Both the position numbers and the translations under genes were made by a program. Below, in pieces: positions 19,618 through 29,539 of a stretch of DNA of 58,051 nucleotides. Position 1 is the first letter of the stretch. Every line of letters starts with the position of its first letter. The DNA is from Anaerolineales bacterium (lineage in GTDB: Bacteria; Chloroflexota; Anaerolineae; Anaerolineales; Villigracilaceae). Location: the NCBI GenBank assembly GCA_035466615.1, contig DATIUT010000018.1, positions 1-58,051 of the forward strand, read 5' to 3'. Below the pieces are notes generated by a model. That model was not told where the DNA came from, searched no databases, and was given only the letters and a program-made list of their open reading frames with translations.

Positions 19618-20629
19618 GAGGTCGGATGTCGACACGCTGTGGGTGGGTGGCGAAGGAGGCATGGAAGAGGCGCTGGTGAAGCGTCAGGGTATCATCTTCC
19701 AGAGCATCCCTGCCGCGGGCCTGCATGGTGTCGGTCTTGCGACCCTGCCGCGAAATCTTATGAAGTTGGCGCGCGGTATCTTTGCTGCACGAAACATCTT
19801 GAAAGTGTTCAAACCGGATGCGTTGTTCTTTACTGGTGGTTATGTGGCTGTGCCAATGGCGGTTGCCGGACGTTCCATCCCGAGCCTGCTGTATATCCCG
19901 GACATTGAGCCAGGCATGGCACTAAAATCACTTGCAGGATTTTCCGATGCGATCGCAGTCACAACCGAGCAATCGCAAAAGTTCCTTAATAAAAAAGTAT
20001 TTGAGACAGGATACCCTCTTCGCCCGGACCTCGCGCTTTGGGACCGCGAGACAGCTCATCGCCACCTTGGCATTTCCGGCGGACTGCCCGTCCTGTTGGT
20101 CCTCGGTGGGAGCAAGGGCGCGCGTTCGATCAACCTGACAGTGTTGAATCATCTGCGTGAACTGCTCGAAAAGTTTGAAGTCATCCACCTCTCCGGCGAA
20201 CTGGATTGGAACTACGTCAGACATCACCGCGAACAGTTGCCGGCGGAACTGGCCAGCCGCTACCACGCCATGCCATATCTGCACGAGATGGGAGCGGCGC
20301 TGGCGGCAACTGACCTGGTCATCTCGCGTGCAGGCGCTTCCTGTCTGGGAGAGTATCCCTTGTTTGGTTTGCCCGCCGTCCTTGTGCCTTATCCGCATGC
20401 ATGGCGATACCAGAAAGTGAATGCAGATTATCTGACCAATCGCGGTGCGGCTGTCATATTGGAAGACCATGTTTTGAGTGATGAATTGATGGATACCTTG
20501 AATGTACTTATGGAAAACCCGAATAAATTGCGAGCCATGCGCGCCGCAATGTTCGAACTGTCTCATCCGCGCGCCGCGGAGAAGATTGCCGGTATGCTGG
20601 TCGAACTGGCAGGAGAGAAAAGCCTATGA
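19538..20629 (+). CDS. murG: Lipid II GlcNAc transferase MurG
   Basis: GGTGGGVYP, GGY, GGSKGA, SRAGAS, QKVNA; GTG start overlapping ftsW by 80 nt. Confidence 0.94.
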   Translation: MRLLICAGGTGGGVYPALAVHSALTAKRSDVDTLWVGGEGGMEEALVKRQGIIFQSIPAAGLHGVGLATLPRNLMKLARGIFAARNILKVFKPDALFFTGGYVAVPMAVAGRSIPSLLYIPDIEPGMALKSLAGFSDAIAVTTEQSQKFLNKKVFETGYPLRPDLALWDRETAHRHLGISGGLPVLLVLGGSKGARSINLTVLNHLRELLEKFEVIHLSGELDWNYVRHHREQLPAELASRYHAMPYLHEMGAALAATDLVISRAGASCLGEYPLFGLPAVLVPYPHAWRYQKVNADYLTNRGAAVILEDHVLSDELMDTLNVLMENPNKLRAMRAAMFELSHPRAAEKIAGMLVELAGEKSL

Positions 20630-21156
20630 TGAGTATTGTTTATGTCTTTTGGATGTATGTCATCCTTTTTGGCGTGATCGGTGCAATGCGCGGCTGGGCA
20701 AAGGAACTGCTGGTTTCCTTCAGCGTGATCCTCTCCCTGTCACTCACCCATGTCCTTCGCAAATATATCCCGCTGGCGCGTGACCTTCCCGAGACGGATC
20801 CATCCCTCTTCTGGGTGCGGACGATCATCCTGCTTGTGTTGGTGTACTTTGGTTATCAGACCGTGATCAGCATTCCGCATCTTGCCTCACGCGCAGCGCG
20901 CGAACGTTTGCAGGACACGCTTTTCGGAGCGATCCTGGGCGGTTTGAACGGCTACTTCGTTGCCGGTTCGATTCTGTATTACATTCATGTTGCGGATTAC
21001 TCGTTCCAGAACATCATCCTCAAACCGACTGACCCGGAGTTGTTGCAAACAGTCAACCAGATGATGGTGTACATGCCCCCGCAACTTCTCGGTGAACCGG
21101 GCATCTACTTTGCCATCATTCTGGCATTTGTGTTCGTTCTGGTTGTTTATATATAA
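20626..21156 (+). CDS. CvpA (colicin V production)-like membrane protein
   Basis: GAMRGWAKEL and DTLFGAILGGLNG patterns; 4-5 TM; ATGA-coupled to murG. Confidence 0.7.
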   Translation: MMSIVYVFWMYVILFGVIGAMRGWAKELLVSFSVILSLSLTHVLRKYIPLARDLPETDPSLFWVRTIILLVLVYFGYQTVISIPHLASRAARERLQDTLFGAILGGLNGYFVAGSILYYIHVADYSFQNIILKPTDPELLQTVNQMMVYMPPQLLGEPGIYFAIILAFVFVLVVYI

Positions 21157-21185
21157 AGGTTGATTGCTGAAAACCAGTCGCTAAT

Positions 21186-22598
21186 ATGAAACACATCCAT
21201 TTCATCGGCATTGGGGGAAGCGGTCTTTCCGCCATCGCCCGCCTCCTGCTGGAAAGCGGGTACGAGGTGAGCGGTTCTGATCGCGCGTTAACTCCATTTG
21301 CTGAAGAAGTGCGCAAGGCAGGGGCACGTGTATATATAGGACACCATCCGCGCAACATAGGTAGTGCCGATTGGGTGGTGAGGTCCTCTGCAGTGTTGGA
21401 TGACAACCCCGAGGTCCAGGCTGCGAAACGTGCAGGGATCCCCGTCTACAAACGCGCGGACTTTCTTGGTCAGTTGATGGAGGGCAAAACCGGCATTGCC
21501 ATCGCCGGCACACATGGCAAGACAACGACAACAGCCATGACCGCCTGGGTGTTGCGTGAACTCGGACGCGATCCATCCTTTATTGTCGGTGGTGTGATGA
21601 ACAATCTCGGAGTCAATGCGCGCGCGGGCAAGGGCAGTCTCTTCGTGATCGAAGCCGATGAATATGACCACATGTTCCTTGGCCTCAAACCGCAGATCGA
21701 AGTGGTGACCAGTCTGGAACACGACCATCCCGACATCTTCCCGACGTTCGAGTCGATGCACAGCGCCTTTGAAAAGTTCGTTGATCTGCTTCCCACCGGC
21801 GGCACATTGATCGTTTGTGCAGATGATCCCGGCGCGGCGTCTTTGATCCCCCATGCGCGCAAGGCGGGTATTAATGTAGTGGCTTACAGTTTGCAGGACG
21901 ATAAAACCATCAACAGTCCATTGTGGGTGGTGGCGCGCGAAGTAAAGGCAAATCAGCGCGGCGGGTTCGACTTCCTTATGTCATCCAATTTGGATAACAT
22001 GGCTTCCGGCGCTGTCTTTGTCTCTTTGCAGGTGGCGGGTGAGTACAACGTTCGCAATGCACTTGCTGTGCTCACCATCGTCGACCTGCTTGGTCTCTCG
22101 CGTGAACGCGCCGCCAAGGCGCTCGCCGACTTTACCGGCACGGGCAGACGCTTCCAATTACGCGGCGAAGTGAATGGCATCAGCATCTTCGATGACTATG
22201 CCCATCATCCTACCGAGATCAAAGCCACGCTTGCCGGTGCGCGCGCCCGCTATCCTGAACGCCGCATTTGGGCTGTCTGGCAGCCGCACACATATTCACG
22301 TACGCAAACCCTCTTCCTTGAATTTGCGCGTGCTTTCAAAGATGCGAACGAGGTCATTGTTACAGAAATTTATGCGGCGCGCGAGCCGAAACAGGAGTTT
22401 ACATCGGCCGAGATCGTCAGCGCCATGCCGCATCTCTCTGCGCGTTACATTGAAACATTGCCCGAAGTGTCAAAATATTTGATCGAGAATTTGCAGGTCG
22501 GCGACATGGTCCTCATTTTGTCCGCCGGGGATGCGGACCAGATTAGTGGAGAAGTTATTAAAGGATTACAAGAAAGGCAGGCACATAATGTTGGATAA
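21186..22598 (+). CDS. murC: UDP-MurNAc--L-alanine ligase
   Basis: HFIGIGGSGLS, AGTHGKTTTT, EADEYD, DDYAHHPTEI, QPHTYSRT. Confidence 0.97.
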   Translation: MKHIHFIGIGGSGLSAIARLLLESGYEVSGSDRALTPFAEEVRKAGARVYIGHHPRNIGSADWVVRSSAVLDDNPEVQAAKRAGIPVYKRADFLGQLMEGKTGIAIAGTHGKTTTTAMTAWVLRELGRDPSFIVGGVMNNLGVNARAGKGSLFVIEADEYDHMFLGLKPQIEVVTSLEHDHPDIFPTFESMHSAFEKFVDLLPTGGTLIVCADDPGAASLIPHARKAGINVVAYSLQDDKTINSPLWVVAREVKANQRGGFDFLMSSNLDNMASGAVFVSLQVAGEYNVRNALAVLTIVDLLGLSRERAAKALADFTGTGRRFQLRGEVNGISIFDDYAHHPTEIKATLAGARARYPERRIWAVWQPHTYSRTQTLFLEFARAFKDANEVIVTEIYAAREPKQEFTSAEIVSAMPHLSARYIETLPEVSKYLIENLQVGDMVLILSAGDADQISGEVIKGLQERQAHNVG

Positions 22599-22836
22599 AA
22601 AGAATCGAACGCTTCAGATGCACCCGTCCCTGATTCCATTGCGAATGGCTTTGATCGCCGCTGCAAAGGAATCGCCCGCGTGCCCCCCGCAGGTAACCAC
22701 CGATGAACGCCGCGCGTTGGAATTGATCGAGAGGATGAAGGCGAAATACAACAAGCCTCTTCCATTCATGTTCTGGAAGGGCATACCCAACATAAACAGG
22801 TTCAGTCTTCAGGAAGTGATTGGAACACATGCCTGA
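22588..22836 (+). CDS. Small hypothetical protein (82 aa) inside the dcw cluster
   Basis: ATG 22588 overlaps the murC stop; MLDKKNRTLQMHPSLIP...EVIGTHA; no recognised motif. Confidence 0.45.
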   Translation: MLDKKNRTLQMHPSLIPLRMALIAAAKESPACPPQVTTDERRALELIERMKAKYNKPLPFMFWKGIPNINRFSLQEVIGTHA

Positions 22837-22966
22837 AGAGGAAAAACCGCGCCATCCCGAGCAACTTCCTGCCGCCGCTGAACGTGGTGCTAACCTGTCT
22901 TCGACAGGACATTTCACAAACGTGATGTGCAGAAGACAACGTCTGAAGAGCAAAAGAAACGGCTGA
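22829..22966 (+). CDS. Small hypothetical peptide (45 aa; not in ORF track)
   Basis: ATGCCTGA overlap with the previous stop; MPEEEKPRHPEQLPAAAERGANLSSTGHFTNVMCRRQRLKSKRNG*. Confidence 0.3.
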   Translation: MPEEEKPRHPEQLPAAAERGANLSSTGHFTNVMCRRQRLKSKRNG

Positions 22967-22986
22967 AAAGAACGTCGAGAAATTAA

Positions 22987-23934
22987 GTGAAAAAGAAGAG
23001 CAATAAAGACATGGTCGTTGCGACAAGACCCATCGATGTGTTATACGCCAAATTCGGCAACAAGGTGAAGGAGAACGTTCCTCTTGCGCCGTATACATCC
23101 GCGCGCATTGGCGGCCCTGCGGATATATTCCTCGTGGCGGACACCTCCGTGGAACTGGCGCGTATCGTGACCTTGTTGTGGAAGCATGAAATGGCGTTCA
23201 CATTATTGGGCGGCGGCTCGAACGTGCTGGTCAGTGACAAAGGCGTACGCGGCGTGGTGGTTTTGAACCGGGCAAAGGGAGTCAAATTCCATACCGGCGA
23301 CCAGCCGTCCGTCACGGTTGAATCGGGGGTCGTCTTCAGCAATCTTGCCAATCATTGTGCATCCAAAGGACTGGCAGGCCTCGAGTGGGCCGCAACAGTC
23401 CCCGGCACGATCGGCGGAGCGGTGTATGGTAATGCCGGCGCGTTCGGCGGAGACATGGCTGGTAATTTGATCTCTGTTAAATTATTGACCATGAATGGAA
23501 AAGAAACGCTTACGGTTGATCAAATGGGTTATGGATACCGCACCAGTGTCTTGAAACGCGCTGAACTGAAAGGAATAGTACTTTTGGCTGAGTTGGCGTT
23601 AAAAAATTCAACCAGGGATGAAGTGGCTGTTAAAATCCAACAATTCAGTGCGCATCGCAAAACGACCCAACCTCCCGGTGCCAGCATGGGTTCGATGTTC
23701 AAGAATCCACCCGGCGATTATGCAGGCAGGTTGATCGAATCGGCGGGATTGAAAGGCACCCGCATTGGCAATGCCGAGATCAGCCCTCTGCACGGAAATT
23801 TCTTTATCAATCACGCCAATACCAAAGCAGAAGATATTCATGCCCTGATCCAGCTGGTGCAGAAGACCGTGAAAGAGAAACAAGGTGTTGAGTTGGAATT
23901 GGAGATCGAATTGATTGGAGAATGGGACGTTTGA
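22987..23934 (+). CDS. murB: UDP-N-acetylenolpyruvoylglucosamine reductase
   Basis: IGGPAD, LGGGSNVLV, PGTIGGAVYGNAGA, GSMFKNP, HGNFFIN; start may be ATG 23011. Confidence 0.96.
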   Translation: MKKKSNKDMVVATRPIDVLYAKFGNKVKENVPLAPYTSARIGGPADIFLVADTSVELARIVTLLWKHEMAFTLLGGGSNVLVSDKGVRGVVVLNRAKGVKFHTGDQPSVTVESGVVFSNLANHCASKGLAGLEWAATVPGTIGGAVYGNAGAFGGDMAGNLISVKLLTMNGKETLTVDQMGYGYRTSVLKRAELKGIVLLAELALKNSTRDEVAVKIQQFSAHRKTTQPPGASMGSMFKNPPGDYAGRLIESAGLKGTRIGNAEISPLHGNFFINHANTKAEDIHALIQLVQKTVKEKQGVELELEIELIGEWDV

Positions 23935-23965
23935 ACGTGCAAACGTTGAAACGATAAAACGTTAT
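23926..23965. repeat. Degenerate 8-nt tandem repeat (AACGTTNN x5) at the murB-ddl junction
   Basis: GACGTTTG AACGTGCA AACGTTGA AACGATAA AACGTTAT. Confidence 0.75.
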
Positions 23966-25076
23966 GGAAAATAAACTTCACGTGGCAGTGGTATTCGGCG
24001 GACGCTCAGGCGAACACGAGGTGTCGCTCATGTCTGCACGTTCTGTGTTATCGGTGCTTGACCCTGCCCGTTATGTAGTGACCCAGGTGGGCATCACGCA
24101 GGATGGCGCATGGTTCACAGGCGATGATGTTTTGGATAAGTTCGAGAACAACAAGACGGATGGATTGCTTTCCGTCATCATTTCCCCCGATCCGTCTGAA
24201 AAAGGGATTTACGTTCTCGAAGGATTTTCGGGCTTGAAAAAATGGGCTGACATTGATGTCTTCTTCCCGGTCCTGCATGGAACGTTTGGCGAAGATGGAA
24301 CGATACAAGGCTTGTTCGAACTGGCGGATGTTGCCTATGTGGGCGCGGGCGTCGTCGGTTCATCGGTTGGCATGGATAAAGGCATCTTCAAGGATGTGAT
24401 GGTTGCCAACAATATCCCTATTGTGGATACTCTGCTCGTGTTGCGTGCCGAAATCGAGAAGAGCATGGCGGCTGTCGTCGAGAAAGCCGAAGCGCTCAGT
24501 GAATATCCGCTCTTTACCAAGCCCGCCAACCTCGGTTCATCCGTGGGTGTGACCAAGTGTAACAACCGCTCTGACCTGCAGGAAGGCCTGATGGAAGCCG
24601 CCTCATTCGACCGCCGCGTATTGATCCAAAAAGGACTCAAGGATGCACGCGAGATCGAAGTGAGCGTGCTGGGTAACGACAACCCTGTGGCATCCGTCCC
24701 TGGTGAAGTGTTGCCGAGTCGCGAATTCTATTCATACGAATCAAAATACATTGACGGCACCTCCGGGCTTGTCATCCCTGCACATCTCTCTGTGGAGACC
24801 TCCGAGCAGATCCGTGAATATGCTGTACGAGCCTATAAAGCCATTGACTGTGCCGGCATGGCGCGTGTGGATTTCTTCGTCGAAAAGGATACAGACAAGG
24901 TTTATTTGAACGAATTGAACAGCCTGCCGGGCTTTACCAAGATCAGCATGTATCCCAAGCTTTGGGAAGCCAGCGGATTGCCCTACAAAAAACTCGTTGA
25001 CCGCTTGATCGAACTGGCAATGGAACGCAAAACAGACCGCGACCGCACCTCACACACCTTTCGGAGCCGCGCATGA
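23964..25076 (+). CDS. ddl: D-alanine--D-alanine ligase
   Basis: FGGRSGEHEVS, LHGTFGEDG, GSSVG, FYSYESKY, NELNSLPGFT. Confidence 0.97.
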   Translation: MENKLHVAVVFGGRSGEHEVSLMSARSVLSVLDPARYVVTQVGITQDGAWFTGDDVLDKFENNKTDGLLSVIISPDPSEKGIYVLEGFSGLKKWADIDVFFPVLHGTFGEDGTIQGLFELADVAYVGAGVVGSSVGMDKGIFKDVMVANNIPIVDTLLVLRAEIEKSMAAVVEKAEALSEYPLFTKPANLGSSVGVTKCNNRSDLQEGLMEAASFDRRVLIQKGLKDAREIEVSVLGNDNPVASVPGEVLPSREFYSYESKYIDGTSGLVIPAHLSVETSEQIREYAVRAYKAIDCAGMARVDFFVEKDTDKVYLNELNSLPGFTKISMYPKLWEASGLPYKKLVDRLIELAMERKTDRDRTSHTFRSRA

Positions 25077-26032
25077 GGGATAAGAGAGAACCCAGCCGCG
25101 CTGAACTCGTCCGCCTACGGCGTGAGAAGGAACGCGCGAAGCACATCCAACGTGCTTCAAAGGTGACCGCGCGTCCCGCTCCCGCTGTCACAACGCGCGC
25201 CCGACAGAACATTTCCAAACCTGCGCGCAAGCCGCTGCAAAATGCGCGCCGCCGTTTCAATATTGCATTGCATATGCCGCGCGCCAATGTTCGCTCGATC
25301 AGCATCCCTCGTCCGCGGTTTGGGTGGCGGCTGTTCTCCTTTATTCTCGTTGTGATCTTTGGCACCGTGCTCTATCTTGCATTCAACCGTCCCGAATTGC
25401 GCGTGACCGAAGCCCGGTTGACCGGCAACCAGATGCTTTCACAAGCGGAAGTGAACTCCGTACTGAATATTTCTGGACAGCCCATCTTCCTGCTCACTCC
25501 AGCGGATCTGGAGACACGCCTCCGCCTTAACTACCCTGAACTTGTCTCCGTCCGAGTGACCGTTGCCCTGCCCAATCATGTCTCTGTCAATGTGACCGAG
25601 AGACAGCCCATCATCCGCTGGGAACAGGGAGTCGGCTACACATGGATATCGGAGGATGGCATTGCATTTCGTCCGCGAGGCGAATTGGTTGGATTAATTC
25701 CCGTTGTGGCGCTATCAGCCCCACCCGCCGAAGGAAGCGGAAGCGATCCATTGACTCCCGCGCCATTCATTTCGGCGGAAATGGTCCAGGCGTTGAAAGG
25801 CCTGGTTATGCATGTGCCTCCTGGCGCACCGATCCTGTATGAAAAAGGGGTTGGCTTTGGCTGGAATGACCCGCGCGGCTGGAGAGTCCATTTTGGAACG
25901 AGAGCGAGTGATGTTGAATTAAAGATGCGCGTGTATGAAACGATGGTGAATTCATTGACGCAAAGAGGCATCCGCCCGGCGTTGATCAATGTGATGTATC
26001 CGACGGCACCGTATTACAGGATGAGTCAGTAG
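25073..26032 (+). CDS. ftsQ: Cell division protein FtsQ/DivIB
   Basis: Basic N-tail, TM, POTRA-like GNQMLS...LPNHVSVNVTERQP; lies between ddl and ftsA. Confidence 0.85.
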   Translation: MRDKREPSRAELVRLRREKERAKHIQRASKVTARPAPAVTTRARQNISKPARKPLQNARRRFNIALHMPRANVRSISIPRPRFGWRLFSFILVVIFGTVLYLAFNRPELRVTEARLTGNQMLSQAEVNSVLNISGQPIFLLTPADLETRLRLNYPELVSVRVTVALPNHVSVNVTERQPIIRWEQGVGYTWISEDGIAFRPRGELVGLIPVVALSAPPAEGSGSDPLTPAPFISAEMVQALKGLVMHVPPGAPILYEKGVGFGWNDPRGWRVHFGTRASDVELKMRVYETMVNSLTQRGIRPALINVMYPTAPYYRMSQ

Positions 26033-26040
26033 AAGGAATT

Positions 26041-27273
26041 ATGGAAGAGATCATTGTAGGCATAGATGTGGGCACGACCAAGATCTGTACGCTGGTTGGG
26101 CGGGTGGAGGACGATAGATCCATTCGCATCCTCGGTGTTGGCATCGAGCCGTCGGAGGGAATCCGCAAAGGCATCATCGTGGACCTTGGCACGGCTTCAC
26201 AGGCGATCACGCGCTCGGTGAAAAAGGCGGAATCCACATCAGGGCTTGAAATCACGTCCGCGTTGGTGAGCATTGCGGGCGCGCATGTTTCGTCTGTCAA
26301 CAGCAGGGGCGCGGCGGCAGTGAATGGGAATGTGATCGAACAATATGATATCGACCATGCTTTGGAGCAGGCGCGTGCAGTGGCAATACCGTATGACCGC
26401 GAGATCGTCCACGTGATCCAGCGCGGCTTCTCTGTGGACGGACAGGATGGTATCCGTAACCCGAAAGGGATGCATGGTTATCGTCTCGAAGTGGAAGCGC
26501 ATATCATCACAGCCTCCGCGGCAACGGTTGACAACCTGCGTCAGTGTGTGGGCGCGGCGGGCGTTGAGATCCAGCAATTTGTTTTGAATCCGCTTGCATC
26601 CGGTGAAGTTGTGTTGACGGGGCAGGAACGCCAGATGGGTGTTGCTGTGTGTGACATCGGCGGCGGTACAACAGACCTTGCGATCTACGTCAATGGCGAT
26701 GTATGGCATACGATGGTGCTGGCCATTGGCGGTAATCATGTTACGCAGGATATCGCGCACGGACTGCGCCTTCCATTCGCGCAGGCAGAGGACGTGAAGA
26801 AACAACAGGGATATGCCTTGCGCGCCGAGGTCGGTGCCGAGGAATATTTCTCGATCCGCCCGTTTGGTGAGGACCGCCCTGTGCAGATCAACCGAAAGGA
26901 ACTTGCGCATATCATCGAAGCGCGCGTGGATGAGATTTTCTCATTGACATTACAGGAGATCAAACGTTCCGGTTACGATGGCCTTCTGCCCGCCGGTATG
27001 GTGTTGACCGGCGGAGCGTCCGCGCTGCCCGGCATGAGGCGCATTGCCGGTGACGTATTGAATATGCCGGTCCGCGTTGCACAACCGGAAAATTTGTCGG
27101 GCCTGGTTGACCGTTTGAATTCGCCCGCATATTCAACGAGTGTGGGTTTACTGCGATGGATCATGTCCATGCAAGACCAGGATCTAAGCATCGGATATGA
27201 ACGCCGCGCGAAAGGAGACAGGCGTATGGGATTTGGTGTCGTCAAAAAGATCATTGGAAGGATATTACCGTAG
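26041..27273 (+). CDS. ftsA: Cell division protein FtsA
   Basis: GIDVGTTKI, DIGGGTTD, VLTGGAS, PAYSTSVGL. Confidence 0.97.
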   Translation: MEEIIVGIDVGTTKICTLVGRVEDDRSIRILGVGIEPSEGIRKGIIVDLGTASQAITRSVKKAESTSGLEITSALVSIAGAHVSSVNSRGAAAVNGNVIEQYDIDHALEQARAVAIPYDREIVHVIQRGFSVDGQDGIRNPKGMHGYRLEVEAHIITASAATVDNLRQCVGAAGVEIQQFVLNPLASGEVVLTGQERQMGVAVCDIGGGTTDLAIYVNGDVWHTMVLAIGGNHVTQDIAHGLRLPFAQAEDVKKQQGYALRAEVGAEEYFSIRPFGEDRPVQINRKELAHIIEARVDEIFSLTLQEIKRSGYDGLLPAGMVLTGGASALPGMRRIAGDVLNMPVRVAQPENLSGLVDRLNSPAYSTSVGLLRWIMSMQDQDLSIGYERRAKGDRRMGFGVVKKIIGRILP

Positions 27274-27377
27274 CAAGATCCGCCCTGAGCGGAGCGCGGC
27301 GCGGTATGTAACATTAAAATTTCACGATGCAGAATCAAAAGCAAGTATCATAAGACCAATGTTTGATGGAGGCAGTC

Positions 27378-28544
27378 ATGGACTCGACTTATAAGAACAG
27401 AGCAGAGCAACAAACAGAAGCATTCGCCCGTATTAAAGTGATCGGTGTGGGAGGCGGCGGATCGAACGCCGTCAACCGTATGATTGATGAAGGCATTCAA
27501 GGCGTTGAATTCGTCGTCGCGAATACCGATGCGCAGGCTTTGATGCTGACGAAGGCAACCACGCGTGTCCGCCTGGGCGACAAGCTCACGCGCGGGCTTG
27601 GCGCGGGCGGCGATCCTGAGATCGGACGCAAAGCCGCAGAAGAATCATCAGACGAGCTGTATAGCGTGCTGAAAGGCGCGGATATGGTCTTCGTTACTGC
27701 TGGCATGGGCGGCGGCACCGGTACCGGTGCGGCTCCAGTCGTTGCACAGATCGCCAAGGAAAGCGGCGCCCTCACGATCGGCGTTGTCACACGCCCGTTC
27801 ACATTCGAAGGCATGCGCCGTATGCAATCGGCTGATATGGGCATCGGTAAATTCAAGGAACATGCCGATACATTGATCGCGATCCCCAATGACCGCCTGT
27901 TGCAGATCGCGGACAAGCGCGCCTCATTGCAGGATGCCTTCCGTCTTGCAGACGATGTTCTGCATCAGGGCATCCAGGGTATTTCTGAACTCATTACAAT
28001 CCCGGGTTTGATCAACCTCGATTTTGCAGATGTGCGTACGATCATGTCTGAGGGTGGCGCGGCGCTTATGGCGGTCGGAACAGGTTCCGGCGACGAAAGA
28101 GCGAAGAAAGCCGCCGAGGACGCCATCTCCAGCAAACTTCTTGATATCACCATTGACGGCGCGCGCGGCGTGCTCTTCAACGTCACCGGCGGTCCGTCCA
28201 TGACACTCTTTGAGGTCAACCAGGCCGCGGCAATCATCCGCGAAACGGCCCATCCTGATGTGAATATGATCTTCGGCGCGGTCATAGACCCGAACATGGG
28301 CGACGACATTCGCATCACCGTCATTGCCACAGGGTTTGAACGTGCCTCCCTGCCGCGTCGCGCTTTGGAACGCCAGCCGCGCACCGAATCCAAACGGACA
28401 GAATCTCCTGTTTTTATCCGTACCACCGAATCAGTTTCGGTTCACGCGGATGTTCAATCTGGTGAGGCGAAATCAGCCTCTTCCCAGCCCTTGATCAACA
28501 GGGACGATCTCGATGTCCCGACCTTTTTGAGGAATCGAAGATGA
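27378..28544 (+). CDS. ftsZ: Cell division protein FtsZ
   Basis: [28 protein letters not shown]-terminal LDVPTFLR; GGAGG RBS before ATG 27378. Confidence 0.99.
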   Translation: MDSTYKNRAEQQTEAFARIKVIGVGGGGSNAVNRMIDEGIQGVEFVVANTDAQALMLTKATTRVRLGDKLTRGLGAGGDPEIGRKAAEESSDELYSVLKGADMVFVTAGMGGGTGTGAAPVVAQIAKESGALTIGVVTRPFTFEGMRRMQSADMGIGKFKEHADTLIAIPNDRLLQIADKRASLQDAFRLADDVLHQGIQGISELITIPGLINLDFADVRTIMSEGGAALMAVGTGSGDERAKKAAEDAISSKLLDITIDGARGVLFNVTGGPSMTLFEVNQAAAIIRETAHPDVNMIFGAVIDPNMGDDIRITVIATGFERASLPRRALERQPRTESKRTESPVFIRTTESVSVHADVQSGEAKSASSQPLINRDDLDVPTFLRNRR

Positions 28545-28678
28545 TTTGTACAGGGATGCAATTTATTGCTCCCATTCAAATAGAATAACCAGTCAAGTCC
28601 AGTTCCCCCTTAGCCGGAGCGGTTCTGTGTGCCTGGGCGAGGCATGCCGAATCGCTCTGTGCGTTAAGTAAGTGCTCC

Positions 28679-28765
28679 GTCATTGCGAGGAGGGCTTCGC
28701 CCGACGAAGCAATCTCCTCGTCAAAGTGGAGATTGCTTCGCTCGTTATCACTCGCTCGCAATGAC
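28679..28765. repeat. Palindromic REP/RPE-like element, family A, copy 2 (best preserved)
   Basis: GTCATTGCGAG...CGAAGCAATCTCC-10nt-GGAGATTGCTTCG...CTCGCAATGAC; perfect 11-bp outer and 13-bp inner inverted repeats. Confidence 0.88.
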
Positions 28766-28819
28766 GAGATTCGGATTTTGGGGGAGGACGGGTGGGGGCT
28801 TTATGCTAAAATAAAACCA

Positions 28820-29239
28820 ATGAACGCCAAACTTCCACAACCGGTTCACGAATCCTATAGACGACATCGCAGGCAACTTGCATGGCAGATCATCCTGCCC
28901 ATCGTGTTGACTGTGGTCCTCATCGTCGCATTGATCGTGCTCATCAGCGTCACGACCTTCCGTGATAACGGTGATGTTGGTCGTTGGGCGGCAGTCTCAA
29001 CGATATGGGTCGTCATTCCGATCATGATTGGGATGTTGGTCTTCATCGTCCTGTTGGGCGGCCTTGTCTATTTGATGAAGAAACTGCTCAAAGTCACACC
29101 AACCTATACCGGCCTGGCACAGGATTACGTCCATAAAGCCGCGGCTTACATCAAGCGCGGCGCGGACATGGCCGTCAAACCGATCTTTTTCCTCGATGGA
29201 CTTGGCGCAGGCATCAAACGGTTTTTTGGAAGGAAGTAA
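28820..29239 (+). CDS. Hypothetical 2-TM membrane protein (possibly DUF948-like), leaderless
   Basis: TGCTAAAAT 7 nt upstream of ATG 28820; two TM helices and an amphipathic tail. Confidence 0.7.
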   Translation: MNAKLPQPVHESYRRHRRQLAWQIILPIVLTVVLIVALIVLISVTTFRDNGDVGRWAAVSTIWVVIPIMIGMLVFIVLLGGLVYLMKKLLKVTPTYTGLAQDYVHKAAAYIKRGADMAVKPIFFLDGLGAGIKRFFGRK

Positions 29240-29247
29240 CTTCAGAG

Positions 29248-29277
29248 GTCCCGAAGGTCTCCGGAGGCCTTTGGGAC
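29248..29277. repeat. Palindromic repeat, family B (AAGGTCT core), copy 1
   Basis: GTCCCGAAGGTCTC-CG-GAGGCCTTTGGGAC (two G-T pairs); related to 53462-53491. Confidence 0.65.
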
Positions 29278-29304
29278 TTGAGAAGCATAGAGAGGTAATA
29301 AACC

Positions 29305-29499
29305 ATGAACAAAAGCAGGACACTCTTATTCGGCGCCATCATCGGCGCAGTGACGGGACTGATCGCGGCTTCCCTGCTCAACCGCCGCGCAGAAAAAACC
29401 GAAAGCGAAACCGCCCTCACCGCAGGCGAAGGGATGAAACTCGGTGTGCTTGTGTTCGGGTTGTTGCGGGCGATTGCGTCTCTGGGGGATGAGAAGTAG
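29305..29499 (+). CDS. Small YtxH-like membrane protein (64 aa)
   Basis: GAGG RBS; FGAIIGAVTGLIAASLL glycine-zipper TM. Confidence 0.7.
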   Translation: MNKSRTLLFGAIIGAVTGLIAASLLNRRAEKTESETALTAGEGMKLGVLVFGLLRAIASLGDEK

Positions 29500-29539
29500 C
29501 GATCGATAACTGCAAATCGTATAGATATAATTGAATTAC

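Noticed and set aside
28600-28670. Hairpin as a group II intron domain V/VI
   Set aside because: Catalytic-triad stem geometry and domain VI are not matched on either strand; no RT remnant.
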